Origin: Sandaracinaceae bacterium
GTDB lineage: Bacteria; Myxococcota_A; Polyangia; Polyangiales; JADJQN01
DNA: 32,254 nucleotides
Assembly (NCBI GenBank): GCA_947483975.1
Contig: CANKOL010000016.1
Span: 1 to 32,254 of the forward strand
Reading direction: 5' to 3'
Shown here: positions 8,960-18,115 of the stretch, piece after piece
Position numbering within the stretch: position 1 is the first letter of the stretch
Layout of the letters: each line of letters opens with the position of its first letter
Program-made: the position numbers and the translations under genes
Notes under the pieces: generated by a model
Database searches by the model: none
Told to the model about the DNA's origin: nothing
Seen by the model: the letters and a program-made list of their open reading frames with translations, nothing else

Positions 8960-9015
8960 GGACGACGATTCATCTGCTGCGCTGCGTGCGCTCATTGCCC
9001 ACGCCGGGCCCAGCC

Positions 9016-9044
9016 TTGCCGTGCTCGGAGCGTCGGCGTACCCT
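9016..9044 (+). promoter_or_regulatory. Sigma70-type promoter of tatA
   Basis: TTGCCG-N17-TACCCT. Confidence 0.45.
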
Positions 9045-9089
9045 CGGCGGACTCACTCGGGCCTTCGAGGCGCCAGGAGCTGGAGCGTC

Positions 9090-9362
9090 ATGCCGAACAT
9101 CGGAATGGGTGAGCTGGTCGTCATACTGCTGATCGTCGTGCTCGTGTTCGGGGCCAATCGGCTGCCGCAACTCGGCGAGAGCGTCGGCAAGGCGATCAAG
9201 AATTTCAAGCGCGGCATCAACACCGACGACGACATCGAGGTCGAGGCGAAGCCCAAGGCGAGCAAGCGCGTCGCCGCTGCGTCCACCGCGAGCAAGCTCG
9301 GCGACGCCGAGGACGTCGAGGACGCCGAAGAGGCGGAGCCCGTCAAGCGTAAGAACGGCTGA
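9090..9362 (+). CDS. tatA: Twin-arginine translocase TatA/E subunit
   Basis: IGMGELVVILLIVVLVFGANRLPQLGESVGKAIKNFK (E, FG hinge, amphipathic helix, FK); GGAG SD. Confidence 0.93.
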   Translation: MPNIGMGELVVILLIVVLVFGANRLPQLGESVGKAIKNFKRGINTDDDIEVEAKPKASKRVAAASTASKLGDAEDVEDAEEAEPVKRKNG

Positions 9363-9373
9363 TCCCCCGGGCG

Positions 9374-10123
9374 ATGGCGCGCCTCGACGACGAAGCGGCG
9401 GTGCTCGCCCGGCGCGTCAGCGCGCTCCGCGATCCTCAGCTGCGCGTAGCGTATGTGCGCGCGACGCTGCGCGACACGAGCGCGCCGCAGGTCTTCGAGC
9501 TCGTGCTCGATGTCGCCGCCCGCGCCGAGATCGGCGACGACGAGCACCGCGACCTCTGGCTCGTGATGGCCGTCGCGCTCGCCGACCCCCAGTGTCGGAC
9601 GATCCGCGAGGAGACCGCGCAGCTCGCGCGCGCCAAGGCGCTGCACGACGTCGCGACGCTGCTCGAGACCCAGGACTCGGGGCCGCTGAGCGACGCCGCG
9701 CGGCGCGTGCCCGACTTCGGTACGCGCGACGGCCGGCCGCTGTCGCTCGGTGAGCGCAAGTCGCTCGCGCGCAGGCCCGGGCGCGACCTCGTGCTGCGCG
9801 TGCTGCGCGACCCGCACCCCGACGTGATCCGCATCTTGCTCGGCAATCCGCGCGTGACGGAGGACGACCTCGTGCGGCTGTGCGCGCGGCGGCCGATCTC
9901 CCCCGAGGTGTTGCGGCAGGTCGTGCTCGCCCCCCGCTGGATCGTCCACTACCGCGTCCGGCTGACGATCCTCAAGAACCCGTACACGCCGCTCGACCTC
10001 GCGCTGCCGCTCGCCGCCGGCCTCAACGCCCAGGATGCGCGCACGATCGTCGGCTCCCTCGAGCTTCCGCAGGCGCTGCGGGACGCCTGCGCGCGGGTCG
10101 GGCCGCCCGACACGGTGCACTGA
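9374..10123 (+). CDS. Hypothetical protein with helical (LRV/HEAT-like) repeats
   Basis: Repeated helical motifs (DPHPDVIRILLGNPRVT; YRVRLTILKNPYTP); GC3-rich codons; 11 bp after tatA. Confidence 0.7.
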   Translation: MARLDDEAAVLARRVSALRDPQLRVAYVRATLRDTSAPQVFELVLDVAARAEIGDDEHRDLWLVMAVALADPQCRTIREETAQLARAKALHDVATLLETQDSGPLSDAARRVPDFGTRDGRPLSLGERKSLARRPGRDLVLRVLRDPHPDVIRILLGNPRVTEDDLVRLCARRPISPEVLRQVVLAPRWIVHYRVRLTILKNPYTPLDLALPLAAGLNAQDARTIVGSLELPQALRDACARVGPPDTVH

Positions 10124-10174
10124 CGCGCCGCCGCTCGGCCGCCGGGTCTGAGCGCCGTCCGCAGAACCTCGAGC

Positions 10175-10203
10175 TTGACGCAGCGCGTCGACCGCTGTAT
10201 TCG
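10175..10203 (+). promoter_or_regulatory. Sigma70-type promoter of the PhaR-like gene
   Basis: TTGACG-N17-TATTCG; the spacer is an inverted repeat CAGCG-N7-CGCTG. Confidence 0.45.
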
Positions 10204-10226
10204 GAGCCAACCGGGGTGAGCTAGCC

Positions 10227-10859
10227 GTGGAATCCACCGAGCCAACGACGAAGAAGGCGGGCGGGCAGCGAGTCATCAAGCGCTACGCGAACCGTAAGCT
10301 CTACGACACGCGCGACAGCCGCTATGTGACGCTCGTGCAGATCGCCGAGTACGTGCGCAACGGCGAGGAGGTCCAGATCATCGACAACACGTCGAAGGAG
10401 GACCTCACGCACGTCACGCTCGCGCAGATCATCTACGAGGAAGAGAAGAAGGGCGAGGGCGACTCACGCCAGGGCTCCATCGGGACGCTCCGCCACTTCA
10501 TCCAGACGGGCTCGCAGCGCCTCGTCGACACCTTCCGCGAGAGCCCGATCAGCAAGGTCTTCCACCGCCGCGAAGACGGCGCGGAGCCCAAGAGCGAGGT
10601 CAAGAGCGACCCGCCGCCCGACGAGCACAAGCGCAACGCGCTCTTCGACAAGTCGCGCGAGGCGCTCGAGGAATTGCAGCGCATCGCCGACGACCGGCTG
10701 CGCTTGCTCGTGACGAGCGCCATCGCGCCCGTCCATCATCTGCAGTCGGAGGTGAAGCGCCTGCAGGCGCGCATCGACGAGCTCGAGTCCCGCCTGGTCA
10801 AGGCGGCTCAGCCGACAGGCAATCCGCGTAGGAGCACGAAAGAAGAGCGGAAACCGTAG
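10227..10859 (+). CDS. PhaR-like polyhydroxyalkanoate regulator DNA-binding domain protein
   Basis: IKRYANRKLYDT..SRYVTL..IAE.VR.GE...IDN...EDLT..TL.QII.EEE signature; C-terminal coiled coil. Confidence 0.85.
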   Translation: MESTEPTTKKAGGQRVIKRYANRKLYDTRDSRYVTLVQIAEYVRNGEEVQIIDNTSKEDLTHVTLAQIIYEEEKKGEGDSRQGSIGTLRHFIQTGSQRLVDTFRESPISKVFHRREDGAEPKSEVKSDPPPDEHKRNALFDKSREALEELQRIADDRLRLLVTSAIAPVHHLQSEVKRLQARIDELESRLVKAAQPTGNPRRSTKEERKP

Positions 10860-10883
10860 GCAACCGGGACCTCGAAGTTCGTC

Positions 10884-10910
10884 GAAATAGACTCCCGCGC
10901 TCGGGAGTTG
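10884..10910 (+). promoter_or_regulatory. Candidate ECF autoregulatory promoter
   Basis: GAAAT-N18-GTTG, one mismatch from the SigR/SigH consensus GGAAT-N18-GTT, 22 nt before the sigma ATG. Confidence 0.4.
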
Positions 10911-10932
10911 CACGCTTCGAGGGAATCGAACG

Positions 10933-11640
10933 ATGGGCCTCTTCGGACTCGGTAAGCCGCTCGCACCCAAGACCGCGCCTCGCGACGCGTCGGGACAACC
11001 CGCCGCCGCTCGCCCGGGGCGGGATGACTTCGAGCGCGACGCGCTGGCGCATCTCGACTCGCTCTATGCGATGGCGATGCGACTGACGCGCTCGCCCGCC
11101 GACGCGGACGACCTCGTGCAGGACACCTACCTCAAGGCGCATCGCTTCAGCGATCACTTCGAGGCGGGCACCAACCTGAAGGCGTGGCTGTTCAAGATCC
11201 TGACGAACACGTTCATCAACAAGTACCGCCGCGCGACCCGCGAGCGCGACGTCCTCGAGGACGCCGGGCAGGGACCGCTCGGTGAGGGCGTGATGAGCCA
11301 CGCGGCGATGCGCGCGCTGACGGACCCCGTCGGCACCGCGCTGCAGCCGCTCGTCTCCGCCGAGATCCAGCGCGCGCTCGACACGCTGCCCGAGGACTAC
11401 CGCACGATGATCCTGCTCGCCGACCTCGAAGAGCTCTCCTACAAGGAGATCGCCGAGGTCGTCGGCTGCCCGATCGGCACCGTGATGTCCCGCCTGCACC
11501 GCGCGCGAAAGCAGCTCCAGGGGCAACTCTACGAGCACGCGCGGGCCCTCGGAATCGTCACTGACGCGGACGCCGCCCACGGCGCGAGCGCCCCCATCGC
11601 GCTCGACGCCTATCGCGAGCGCCGCGCGAAGGGCGCGTGA
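10933..11640 (+). CDS. rpoE: ECF sigma-70 factor (RpoE/SigH-like; probable counterpart of M. xanthus RpoE1)
   Basis: Region 2 [13 protein letters not shown]...[16 protein letters not shown]; region 4 [25 protein letters not shown]. Confidence 0.9.
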   Translation: MGLFGLGKPLAPKTAPRDASGQPAAARPGRDDFERDALAHLDSLYAMAMRLTRSPADADDLVQDTYLKAHRFSDHFEAGTNLKAWLFKILTNTFINKYRRATRERDVLEDAGQGPLGEGVMSHAAMRALTDPVGTALQPLVSAEIQRALDTLPEDYRTMILLADLEELSYKEIAEVVGCPIGTVMSRLHRARKQLQGQLYEHARALGIVTDADAAHGASAPIALDAYRERRAKGA

Positions 11641-11660
11641 TGAGCATGGGAGCTGGCACG

Positions 11661-12554
11661 ATGAACTGCCGTCTCTTCGAGCGTCACGTCGACGCGTTCC
11701 TCGACGCGGAGGTCGATCCGACGACGCAGATCGAGTTCGAGCGCCACCTCGCGGGGTGCGCGAGCTGTCAGGAGGTGCTCGCCTTCGAGCGCGCGACCAA
11801 GCGCTCGATGAAGGCCGCGCTCGGCGGCATCACGGCGCCGGACGCCCTGCGCGAGCGCCTCGCCGCCCGCCTCGCGAGCGAGCCCCGGCTGGCCCAGACC
11901 GCGTCGAGCGCGCTCGCCGGCCTCGACCCGGAGGACGGCCCTCGACCGCTGTTCCGCGTCTACACTCTGCCGCGCCGCTATGCGATCCCGGTCGCGCTCG
12001 CGGCTGCCGCTGCGGTCGTCATCGCTGCGGTCGGGCGCGGGGCGGGCGGGGGCACGGCGAACGAGAGCGACGTGATGGCCGCAGAGGCTGGCTCGTTGCC
12101 GCTCTTCGAGGAGGTCGCGCGCCTGCACGCGACGCCGCTTCCGGCCGACGTCAGCGATCCGGGAGATGACCAGGTGGTCAGCTACTTCCGCGGCAAGGTC
12201 GAGTTCCCCGTGCGCCCGGCGGCGTTCCCCGACGGTAACGCGAAGCTCGTCGGCGCCCGGGTCTCGAACGTGAGCGCGTCGCGGGTCGCGGCGCTCTACT
12301 ACCAGGTGCACGGCCGCCGGATGACCGTCGTCGTCTACTCCGATCCTCGGCTGCGCGCGCAGGCACACGCGCAGGTGCTGCTGGGCGGGCCGGGGATGTT
12401 CCTCGAGCGCGTCAACGGTCGGCCGGTCGCCCATCGACGCGTCGGCGGGTACACGGTCTCCGCGATGCAATACGACGGCCTGACCTACGCGCTGACGGGT
12501 GACATGGACGAGCGCACGCTCGTGCACATGGCGGCGACGGCTCAGGTTCACTGA
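11661..12554 (+). CDS. Membrane-bound zinc-binding (ZAS, zf-HC2) anti-sigma factor
   Basis: MNC...HLAGCASC (HxxxCxxC), one TM (IPVALAAAAAVVIAAV), extracytoplasmic C-domain; GGGAG SD before ATG 11661 (alternative starts 11637/11640). Confidence 0.85.
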   Translation: MNCRLFERHVDAFLDAEVDPTTQIEFERHLAGCASCQEVLAFERATKRSMKAALGGITAPDALRERLAARLASEPRLAQTASSALAGLDPEDGPRPLFRVYTLPRRYAIPVALAAAAAVVIAAVGRGAGGGTANESDVMAAEAGSLPLFEEVARLHATPLPADVSDPGDDQVVSYFRGKVEFPVRPAAFPDGNAKLVGARVSNVSASRVAALYYQVHGRRMTVVVYSDPRLRAQAHAQVLLGGPGMFLERVNGRPVAHRRVGGYTVSAMQYDGLTYALTGDMDERTLVHMAATAQVH

Positions 12555-12645
12555 CGCCCGCCCGCTCGGCCGCGCCTGCGCGCCCGGCCGGGTCCCAGCG
12601 CTCGCTCTAAGCGCGCGAAACAACGATGGTTAGCGCGCGTTGACG

Positions 12646-12675
12646 TTGACAGGCTCTCCGCCGCGCACCTATCCT
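12646..12675 (+). promoter_or_regulatory. Sigma70-type promoter of frzS (near-leaderless)
   Basis: TTGACA-N18-TATCCT, 8 nt before ATG 12684, no SD. Confidence 0.65.
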
Positions 12676-12683
12676 CCCCCGCC

Positions 12684-14993
12684 ATGGCGCAGCGCATCCT
12701 GGTGATCGACACTGATGCCGAGTTTGCCGGCGTCCTCAAGGCCGGCTTCGGGGCGCTCGGGGTGAGCGTCGAGGTCGTCGACGATGGAGATGTCGGCGTG
12801 GAGCGGGCGACCGCGGAACGGCCCGACGTCATCCTGCTCGCGATCGAGCTGCGGGGCGTCAACGGCTTCCTCGTCTGCAAGAAGATCAAGAAGTCGAACG
12901 AGCTGAAGGATATCCCGCTCGTCATCCTCTCGAGCGAGGCGAGCGACGAGATCTTCGAGCAGCACGGCAAGCTGCGGACGCGCGCCGAGGACTATCTGCA
13001 CAAGCCGGTGGCGTTCGACGTGCTGCTCGAGCGCGTGCGCCGCCTGGCGCCGATCGGGGATGACGGCGCCTACGCGGACGACGGCATGCTGGCGGTCGGG
13101 GACGTGGAGGTCGATGCCATCATCGATGACGACCTCGACGGGCACGCGGGCGAGCCCGAGCCTGAGGGGCGAACGCGCTCGGGCGTGGACGCCGACATCG
13201 ATGCCTTCGCGGAGAACGCGTTCGGCAACCTGATGATGGAGGACGAGGCGACGAGCATCGGCGCGCTGCCCGAGGAGCTGATGCGGGAGCTCGCCGCCCG
13301 GCCCGGGCCGCCCGCCACGATGCAGGTGCCGGTCCCCGCGCCGCGCCCAGCGGCCCCGGAGCCGAGCCCGGAGCTTGCCGAGCCAGCGAGCTCGGGGCCC
13401 GCGACCGAGCCGCCTGGGCCGATGCCGCAGGCCGCGGATCTCTCGCACGAACACGAGGCAGAGCTCGAGGCCCTTCGCAGCGAAGCCGAGTCGCTGCGCG
13501 AGCGCGTTCAGCTCGCCGAGGAGCACGAGCAGGCAGCGCGTCGCGCCGCGAGCGAGGTTGCACGCCTCGAGCGGGAGGTCACGGACCTCAAGGCGCGAGT
13601 GGCGAAGGGCGGCGGGGGCGGCGTCTCGAGCCGCGAGTTCCTCGACCTGCGTGAGGGGCTCAACCGCAAGGACAAGGAGATCCTCGAGCTGCGAGACCAG
13701 GTCTCGACGCGCGATAGGAACCTGCTCGACGCAAACGACAAGGGCCTCGTCTTCGAGCGCAAGATCGCGGACCTCGAGGACAAGGCGGTCGCGGTCGAGC
13801 GCGAGCTGGAGGACGCGACCGCGAAGTATCAGGAATTTGGCGCCGACAAGGAGCAACTCCAGAAGCGCGCCGACGACCTGAAGGCTCGGCTGGAGCGCGC
13901 GGACCTGAAGGCGAAGAAGCTCGAGACGGACCTCGAAGCGGAGCGCGCGGCGCTCACGAAGAGCGTCGACGACGCGAAGACGCAGGCCGCCGCCGAGCTT
14001 CAGCGCTCGACTGATGCAGCGAAGAACGTCCTCGACGCGGCGCGCGCCGCCGCTGCGGCGGACCTCGAGTCGACGCAGACCCTCGCGGCGGCTGAGCTCG
14101 CTGCAGCCCGAGATTCCGCCAAGAATGAGCTCGATGCCGCGCGGGCTGCTGCCACGGCGGACCTCGAGGCTGCGAAGGCGGACGCGGCGGCCGAGCTCGC
14201 GCTTGCCCAGGAGGCCACCGCGGCGGAGCTCCAGGCGGCGAAGGCTGCCGGTGCGACCGAGCTCGCCGCCCTCGAGAGCGCGGCAGCAGAGGAGCTCGCG
14301 GCCGTCAAGGCGTCGGCCGCCGCGGACTTCGCCGCCGCGAAGGACGCGCACGAGAAGGCTCTCGCGCACGCTCAGGCGGAGCACGCGGCAGCCGTCGAGG
14401 TCACGAGCGCGACGCACGAAGAGGCCCTTGCGGATGCCCGCACGGAGGCGGCTGCGGCGCGGGAGCTCGCGCTCGCGGAGCTCCGCACCGACCTCGAGGC
14501 GGCTCGAGACGTCGCGCTCGCCGAGGCGGCGACGGCGGCTGCTGCGGCGCTCGCGAGCGCCAACGCAGCGCACGAGGCGGCACTCGCCACCGCGCACGAG
14601 GACCACGGGCGCGAGCTTGCGGTGCTCGGGCGCAAGCTCACGGAGGTCGAGACCTCGCTCTCGACGCGGACGCAGGCGCTCGAGGAGTCGGTCGAGGCGG
14701 CGACGGCGCTGCAGGTCAGCCTCGACGCTCGCAGCAAGGAGCTCGACGACGCGCGCGCAGAGTCTGCGGCGGCGCTCATCGCGGCCAAGGACCAGCTGGC
14801 GCGCACGGCGGAGGCGCACGCGGTGCGCGTCACGGAGTTCGAGAACGCGCAGAGCGCGCTCGAGAGCAAACTGGCGCGCGCACTGGCGAAGCTCGATGGC
14901 GACGCGCTCCTGCTGGAGCGTGCCCGTAAGGCGCTCGCGATCGGCGCCGCGCTCCTCGACGAGCAGCTGAAGACCTCGGCGGACTCGGAGTAG
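12684..14993 (+). CDS. frzS: FrzS-like protein: pseudo-receiver, acidic/Pro linker, long coiled coil
   Basis: Receiver fold with Ala at the phosphoacceptor (RPDVILLAIEL); NGFLVCKKIKK and FEQHGKLRTRAEDYLHKPV resemble the recalled M. xanthus FrzS receiver; LNRKDKEIL coil start; follows an ECF/anti-sigma pair. Confidence 0.75.
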   Translation: MAQRILVIDTDAEFAGVLKAGFGALGVSVEVVDDGDVGVERATAERPDVILLAIELRGVNGFLVCKKIKKSNELKDIPLVILSSEASDEIFEQHGKLRTRAEDYLHKPVAFDVLLERVRRLAPIGDDGAYADDGMLAVGDVEVDAIIDDDLDGHAGEPEPEGRTRSGVDADIDAFAENAFGNLMMEDEATSIGALPEELMRELAARPGPPATMQVPVPAPRPAAPEPSPELAEPASSGPATEPPGPMPQAADLSHEHEAELEALRSEAESLRERVQLAEEHEQAARRAASEVARLEREVTDLKARVAKGGGGGVSSREFLDLREGLNRKDKEILELRDQVSTRDRNLLDANDKGLVFERKIADLEDKAVAVERELEDATAKYQEFGADKEQLQKRADDLKARLERADLKAKKLETDLEAERAALTKSVDDAKTQAAAELQRSTDAAKNVLDAARAAAAADLESTQTLAAAELAAARDSAKNELDAARAAATADLEAAKADAAAELALAQEATAAELQAAKAAGATELAALESAAAEELAAVKASAAADFAAAKDAHEKALAHAQAEHAAAVEVTSATHEEALADARTEAAAARELALAELRTDLEAARDVALAEAATAAAAALASANAAHEAALATAHEDHGRELAVLGRKLTEVETSLSTRTQALEESVEAATALQVSLDARSKELDDARAESAAALIAAKDQLARTAEAHAVRVTEFENAQSALESKLARALAKLDGDALLLERARKALAIGAALLDEQLKTSADSE
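13986..14600 (+). repeat. Ala-rich 11-residue (33-bp) periodic repeats in the FrzS-like coil
   Basis: AAAELQRSTDA/AKNVLDAARAA/AAADLESTQTL/AAAELAAARDS/AKNELDAARAA/ATADLEAAKAD/AAAELALAQEA...; right boundary approximate. Confidence 0.8.
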
Positions 14994-15011
14994 TCGCAGC
15001 CGCTGTCGCGG

Positions 15012-17936
15012 TCAGTTCCCGTCGAGCAGGACGTGGCGCAGGATGACACCGCCCGTGCCCGCGAGGTAGACGTACCGCTCCGCGCGCACGACGGCGCGCA
15101 GGCTCTGCCCCGAGACTTCCAGCGGCACGAGGGTCCATGGGCCGGCGGCGCTGCGCTCGAGCGCGGTGCCATCGTCCCCGACGGCGATCGGCTGGCCGTG
15201 CGGACCGAGCCCGATCGCGTGGAGCGTTGGCCCGCCGTCATGCTCAGCGCTGCAGCCGTGCTCGGCGATGCGCACGATCAGCCCGCCGTCGCCCGCGGCG
15301 TAGGTATCGCTCGGGCTGACGCGCACGACTCCTCGCAGCGTGCGTCCGGCAGCGGCGGGGCACGGCACGACCGTCGTCTGCTCGCTCGTCACCCTGAGCA
15401 CCACGCCCGCGGCTCCCACGACGACCGCGTCGCTCGGCGTGCCATCGACGCCGGTGAGATCGCCGGTGTTCGGCACGCGCGTGGCCATCAGCGCGTCGAG
15501 CGGTCCCCGCAGCAGCGTGCCGTCACCGCCCACGATCAGCAGCTCTCCGTTGGCCGCCACGGCGTCGCGCCACGGCTCGCGTGAGGGGGAGGCCTTCAGC
15601 ACTGCGCGGTCCGCGAGCACCTCGACGAGCGCGCCGTCGTCTCCCACGGCGAGCAAGCGGTCGGCGCTGAGCGCGACCACCGCGCCGAGCCCCGAGCTCG
15701 TCGGCGAAGTCGCCTCCTGAAAGCCCGTCTCGTGCTCCCGCGCGATGCGCCCGTACTCGCCCACAGCGACGAGGGCCCCGCCGAGCGACGCGAGATCGCG
15801 GATGGCGCCGGTTGGCCCGGCGGTGAGCAGGCGCAGATGGTCGGGCTCGATCGAGGCGAGCCGCCCGCCTGCACCGACGAGCCAGGTGCGCTCGTCGCGA
15901 GCCCCCGCGACGCCGTACCACGGGCGGTCGCCGCCGCCCTCGAGGCGCACCGTGTGGTCTCCCTGCGCGAGCAGCACGCTGCCGCGCGCGCCAGAGATCG
16001 CGACCCGGTCGCCGTCGCAGGCCACGCCCGTCCACGCCTCGTTGCCCGTGCCGCGCAACTGTCGCCACGCCCCGTCCGCTGCGCGCAGGAGCACGACGCC
16101 CGAGTCGCCCGCGGCGTAGAGGGCCGAGTCTGCGCAGCCGCCCACGCCCCGGAGCGTCACCGTCGCCCCGCTGCGCTCCCGCACGACGCCGTTCGCGCTG
16201 ATGCGCAGCACGGTGCCGCGCTCACCGACCGCGAACTCGTCGGCGCCTTGCTGCGCGAGCGCGAGCAGCGCCGAGTCGCCCGCGCCAGCGACCGGCGTGA
16301 CGTGTCGATCGACGATGCGCAGCAGCGTACCGGCGTCCCCCGCGACGAGAGCCTCGGTCGCCGACACCGCGACGACGGCGTGAAGCGCGGCCTCCGTGCC
16401 CGAGTCGAGGCCGACAGGGGCGCCCTCCGTCAGCACGCGGATCGTCCCGTGCGCGCCGACGGCGAGCGCCTCGCGCGCGCCTGAGAACGCGACCGCCTCG
16501 AGGTCCTCGGTCGTGCCCGTCGCCCACGCTGCGAGGCCCGCGTGGTTGACGCGCGCAGCGGCGCCGTGCCGCCCGACCATCGCGATGAGCCCTGCGCCCC
16601 CGACGTCCACGCCGAGGTACGTCGGCAGCGCGCGCGGCAGCGGGTTGAGCCAGCGCCAGCCTTCGCCGCCTCGGCGATCGGGGCCGGCGAGCGGTGCCGT
16701 CCGCGGCGCCGACGGAACGGGTAGCGTGTTCCGGTCGACGCGCGGCTTGGTCTTCGGACGACCCCCGAGCACGGCGACGCCGATCGTGAGCGCCGCGACC
16801 GCGACGAGGCCGAGGCCCGCGAGCGGCAGCCAGCGGGCGTTTCCAGTGGTTCCAGGGGGTGCCGTCATCTCGTCGTCGTCCTCTTCGTGGGTGCTCTGCC
16901 GCAGCGGTCCTTCGCTCCAAGGGCCCGCGGCGCTGGCGCTCGGGCGCGTCCCGGAGGCTCCCGTGGCGGGCTGCGTGGAGGCGAGCCCGGCGCGGTCCAT
17001 CACGGCGAGCGCGCTCGTCGCGAGGTCGGCGGTGCGCGGCCCTTCGAGCAGCCACGGCGCGGCGGTGATGTGCCGAAACGCCTCGAGGGCCGTCTGCACC
17101 GCGCGCGCGTCCGGAAATCGCTGCTCCCGATCCTTGGCGAGCAGCCGCAGGATCAGCGCCTCGAGCGCCTCGGGCACGTCGCCGCGGTAACGGCGCACGG
17201 GAGGCGGCGGCTCCGTGCAGATCTTCAGCACGAGCATCGGGAACGACGCGTCGTCGAACGGGTGCTGCCCCGTCAGCGCGCGAAACAGCATCACGCCGAG
17301 CGCGTAGAGATCGACCCGGTGGTCGACGTCCTTGGCGCCCCGCGCTTGCTCGGGCGCCATGTAGTACGGCGTGCCGAGCGCCGTGCCTGTCCGCGTCGCG
17401 GCGTCCTCCGGCGTGCCGAGCGCCGCCTTTACCTTGCTGATCCCGAAGTCGAGCACCTTCACGAAGTCGGGATCGCCGCCGCGCTCGATCAGGAAGACGT
17501 TCTCCGGCTTCAGATCGCGGTGCACGATCTCCTTCGCGTGCACCGCTGCGAGCGCCTCGCAGACCTGGGAGGCGATGTGCACGATCTGTCCGACGGGCAG
17601 CGGGCCCTTCGCGCGGATCTCCGCGGCGAGGTCCCGCCCCTCGAGCAGCTCGAGCACCATGAACACGGAGCCGTCGTCCGTCTGCCCGAGATCGAGCACC
17701 TCGATGATGTGCTGGTCTCCGATCGCCGACGCCGCGAACGCCTCTCGCCGGAAGCGTCCAACGATCTCGGGATCGCGCGCGTAGTGCGCGTGCAGCAGCT
17801 TGACCGCGACTCGGCTCCCAGCCGCGAGGTTCTCGGCCTCGTAGATCGCGCCCATGCCCCCTTCGGCGACGAGGCGGAGCACCCGGTAGCGTCCGCCGAG
17901 GAGCATACCGAGCCGCGGGTCGGGGGCTGTGGTCAC
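15012..17936 (-). CDS. Membrane Hanks-type Ser/Thr protein kinase with extracytoplasmic beta-propeller repeats
   Basis: AEGGMGAIY, VAVK, HRDLKPEN, DFG, GTPYYMAPE, DLYALG; TM (LAGLGLVAVAALTIGVAVL); about 14 repeats of L-x-[AG]-V...[VA]-G-x-x-G-x-[ILV]. GTG start at 17936 follows a TACACT -10. Confidence 0.92.
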   Translation of the reverse strand: MTTAPDPRLGMLLGGRYRVLRLVAEGGMGAIYEAENLAAGSRVAVKLLHAHYARDPEIVGRFRREAFAASAIGDQHIIEVLDLGQTDDGSVFMVLELLEGRDLAAEIRAKGPLPVGQIVHIASQVCEALAAVHAKEIVHRDLKPENVFLIERGGDPDFVKVLDFGISKVKAALGTPEDAATRTGTALGTPYYMAPEQARGAKDVDHRVDLYALGVMLFRALTGQHPFDDASFPMLVLKICTEPPPPVRRYRGDVPEALEALILRLLAKDREQRFPDARAVQTALEAFRHITAAPWLLEGPRTADLATSALAVMDRAGLASTQPATGASGTRPSASAAGPWSEGPLRQSTHEEDDDEMTAPPGTTGNARWLPLAGLGLVAVAALTIGVAVLGGRPKTKPRVDRNTLPVPSAPRTAPLAGPDRRGGEGWRWLNPLPRALPTYLGVDVGGAGLIAMVGRHGAAARVNHAGLAAWATGTTEDLEAVAFSGAREALAVGAHGTIRVLTEGAPVGLDSGTEAALHAVVAVSATEALVAGDAGTLLRIVDRHVTPVAGAGDSALLALAQQGADEFAVGERGTVLRISANGVVRERSGATVTLRGVGGCADSALYAAGDSGVVLLRAADGAWRQLRGTGNEAWTGVACDGDRVAISGARGSVLLAQGDHTVRLEGGGDRPWYGVAGARDERTWLVGAGGRLASIEPDHLRLLTAGPTGAIRDLASLGGALVAVGEYGRIAREHETGFQEATSPTSSGLGAVVALSADRLLAVGDDGALVEVLADRAVLKASPSREPWRDAVAANGELLIVGGDGTLLRGPLDALMATRVPNTGDLTGVDGTPSDAVVVGAAGVVLRVTSEQTTVVPCPAAAGRTLRGVVRVSPSDTYAAGDGGLIVRIAEHGCSAEHDGGPTLHAIGLGPHGQPIAVGDDGTALERSAAGPWTLVPLEVSGQSLRAVVRAERYVYLAGTGGVILRHVLLDGN

Positions 17937-17942
17937 GGGCGC

Positions 17943-17948
17943 AGTGTA
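17943..17948 (-). promoter_or_regulatory. -10 element for a probably leaderless kinase transcript
   Basis: Minus strand TACACT-N6-GTG with no SD. Confidence 0.45.
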
Positions 17949-18115
17949 CCCGCGCGCATCGGCAAGGGAGCGTCGAATGGACGGAGACGCCAGACCCCGT
18001 CGCCTCCGCCAAGTGGGGACGACCGACGCCGGCGCGCGGCTCGCCACGCTGCCCGGTGGGGTCTGCGCACCTACCTTGCCCCACGAAAACCCCTGAAAAA
18101 TCGTGTTTCTGATCC

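Noticed and set aside
9005..9019. GG-N10-GC sigma54-like spacing upstream of tatA
   Set aside because: Poor match to TGGCAC; an overlapping sigma70-type promoter fits better.
12684..13050. Canonical phosphorylated response regulator
   Set aside because: The phosphoacceptor Asp is Ala and the acidic pocket is altered; no histidine kinase nearby.
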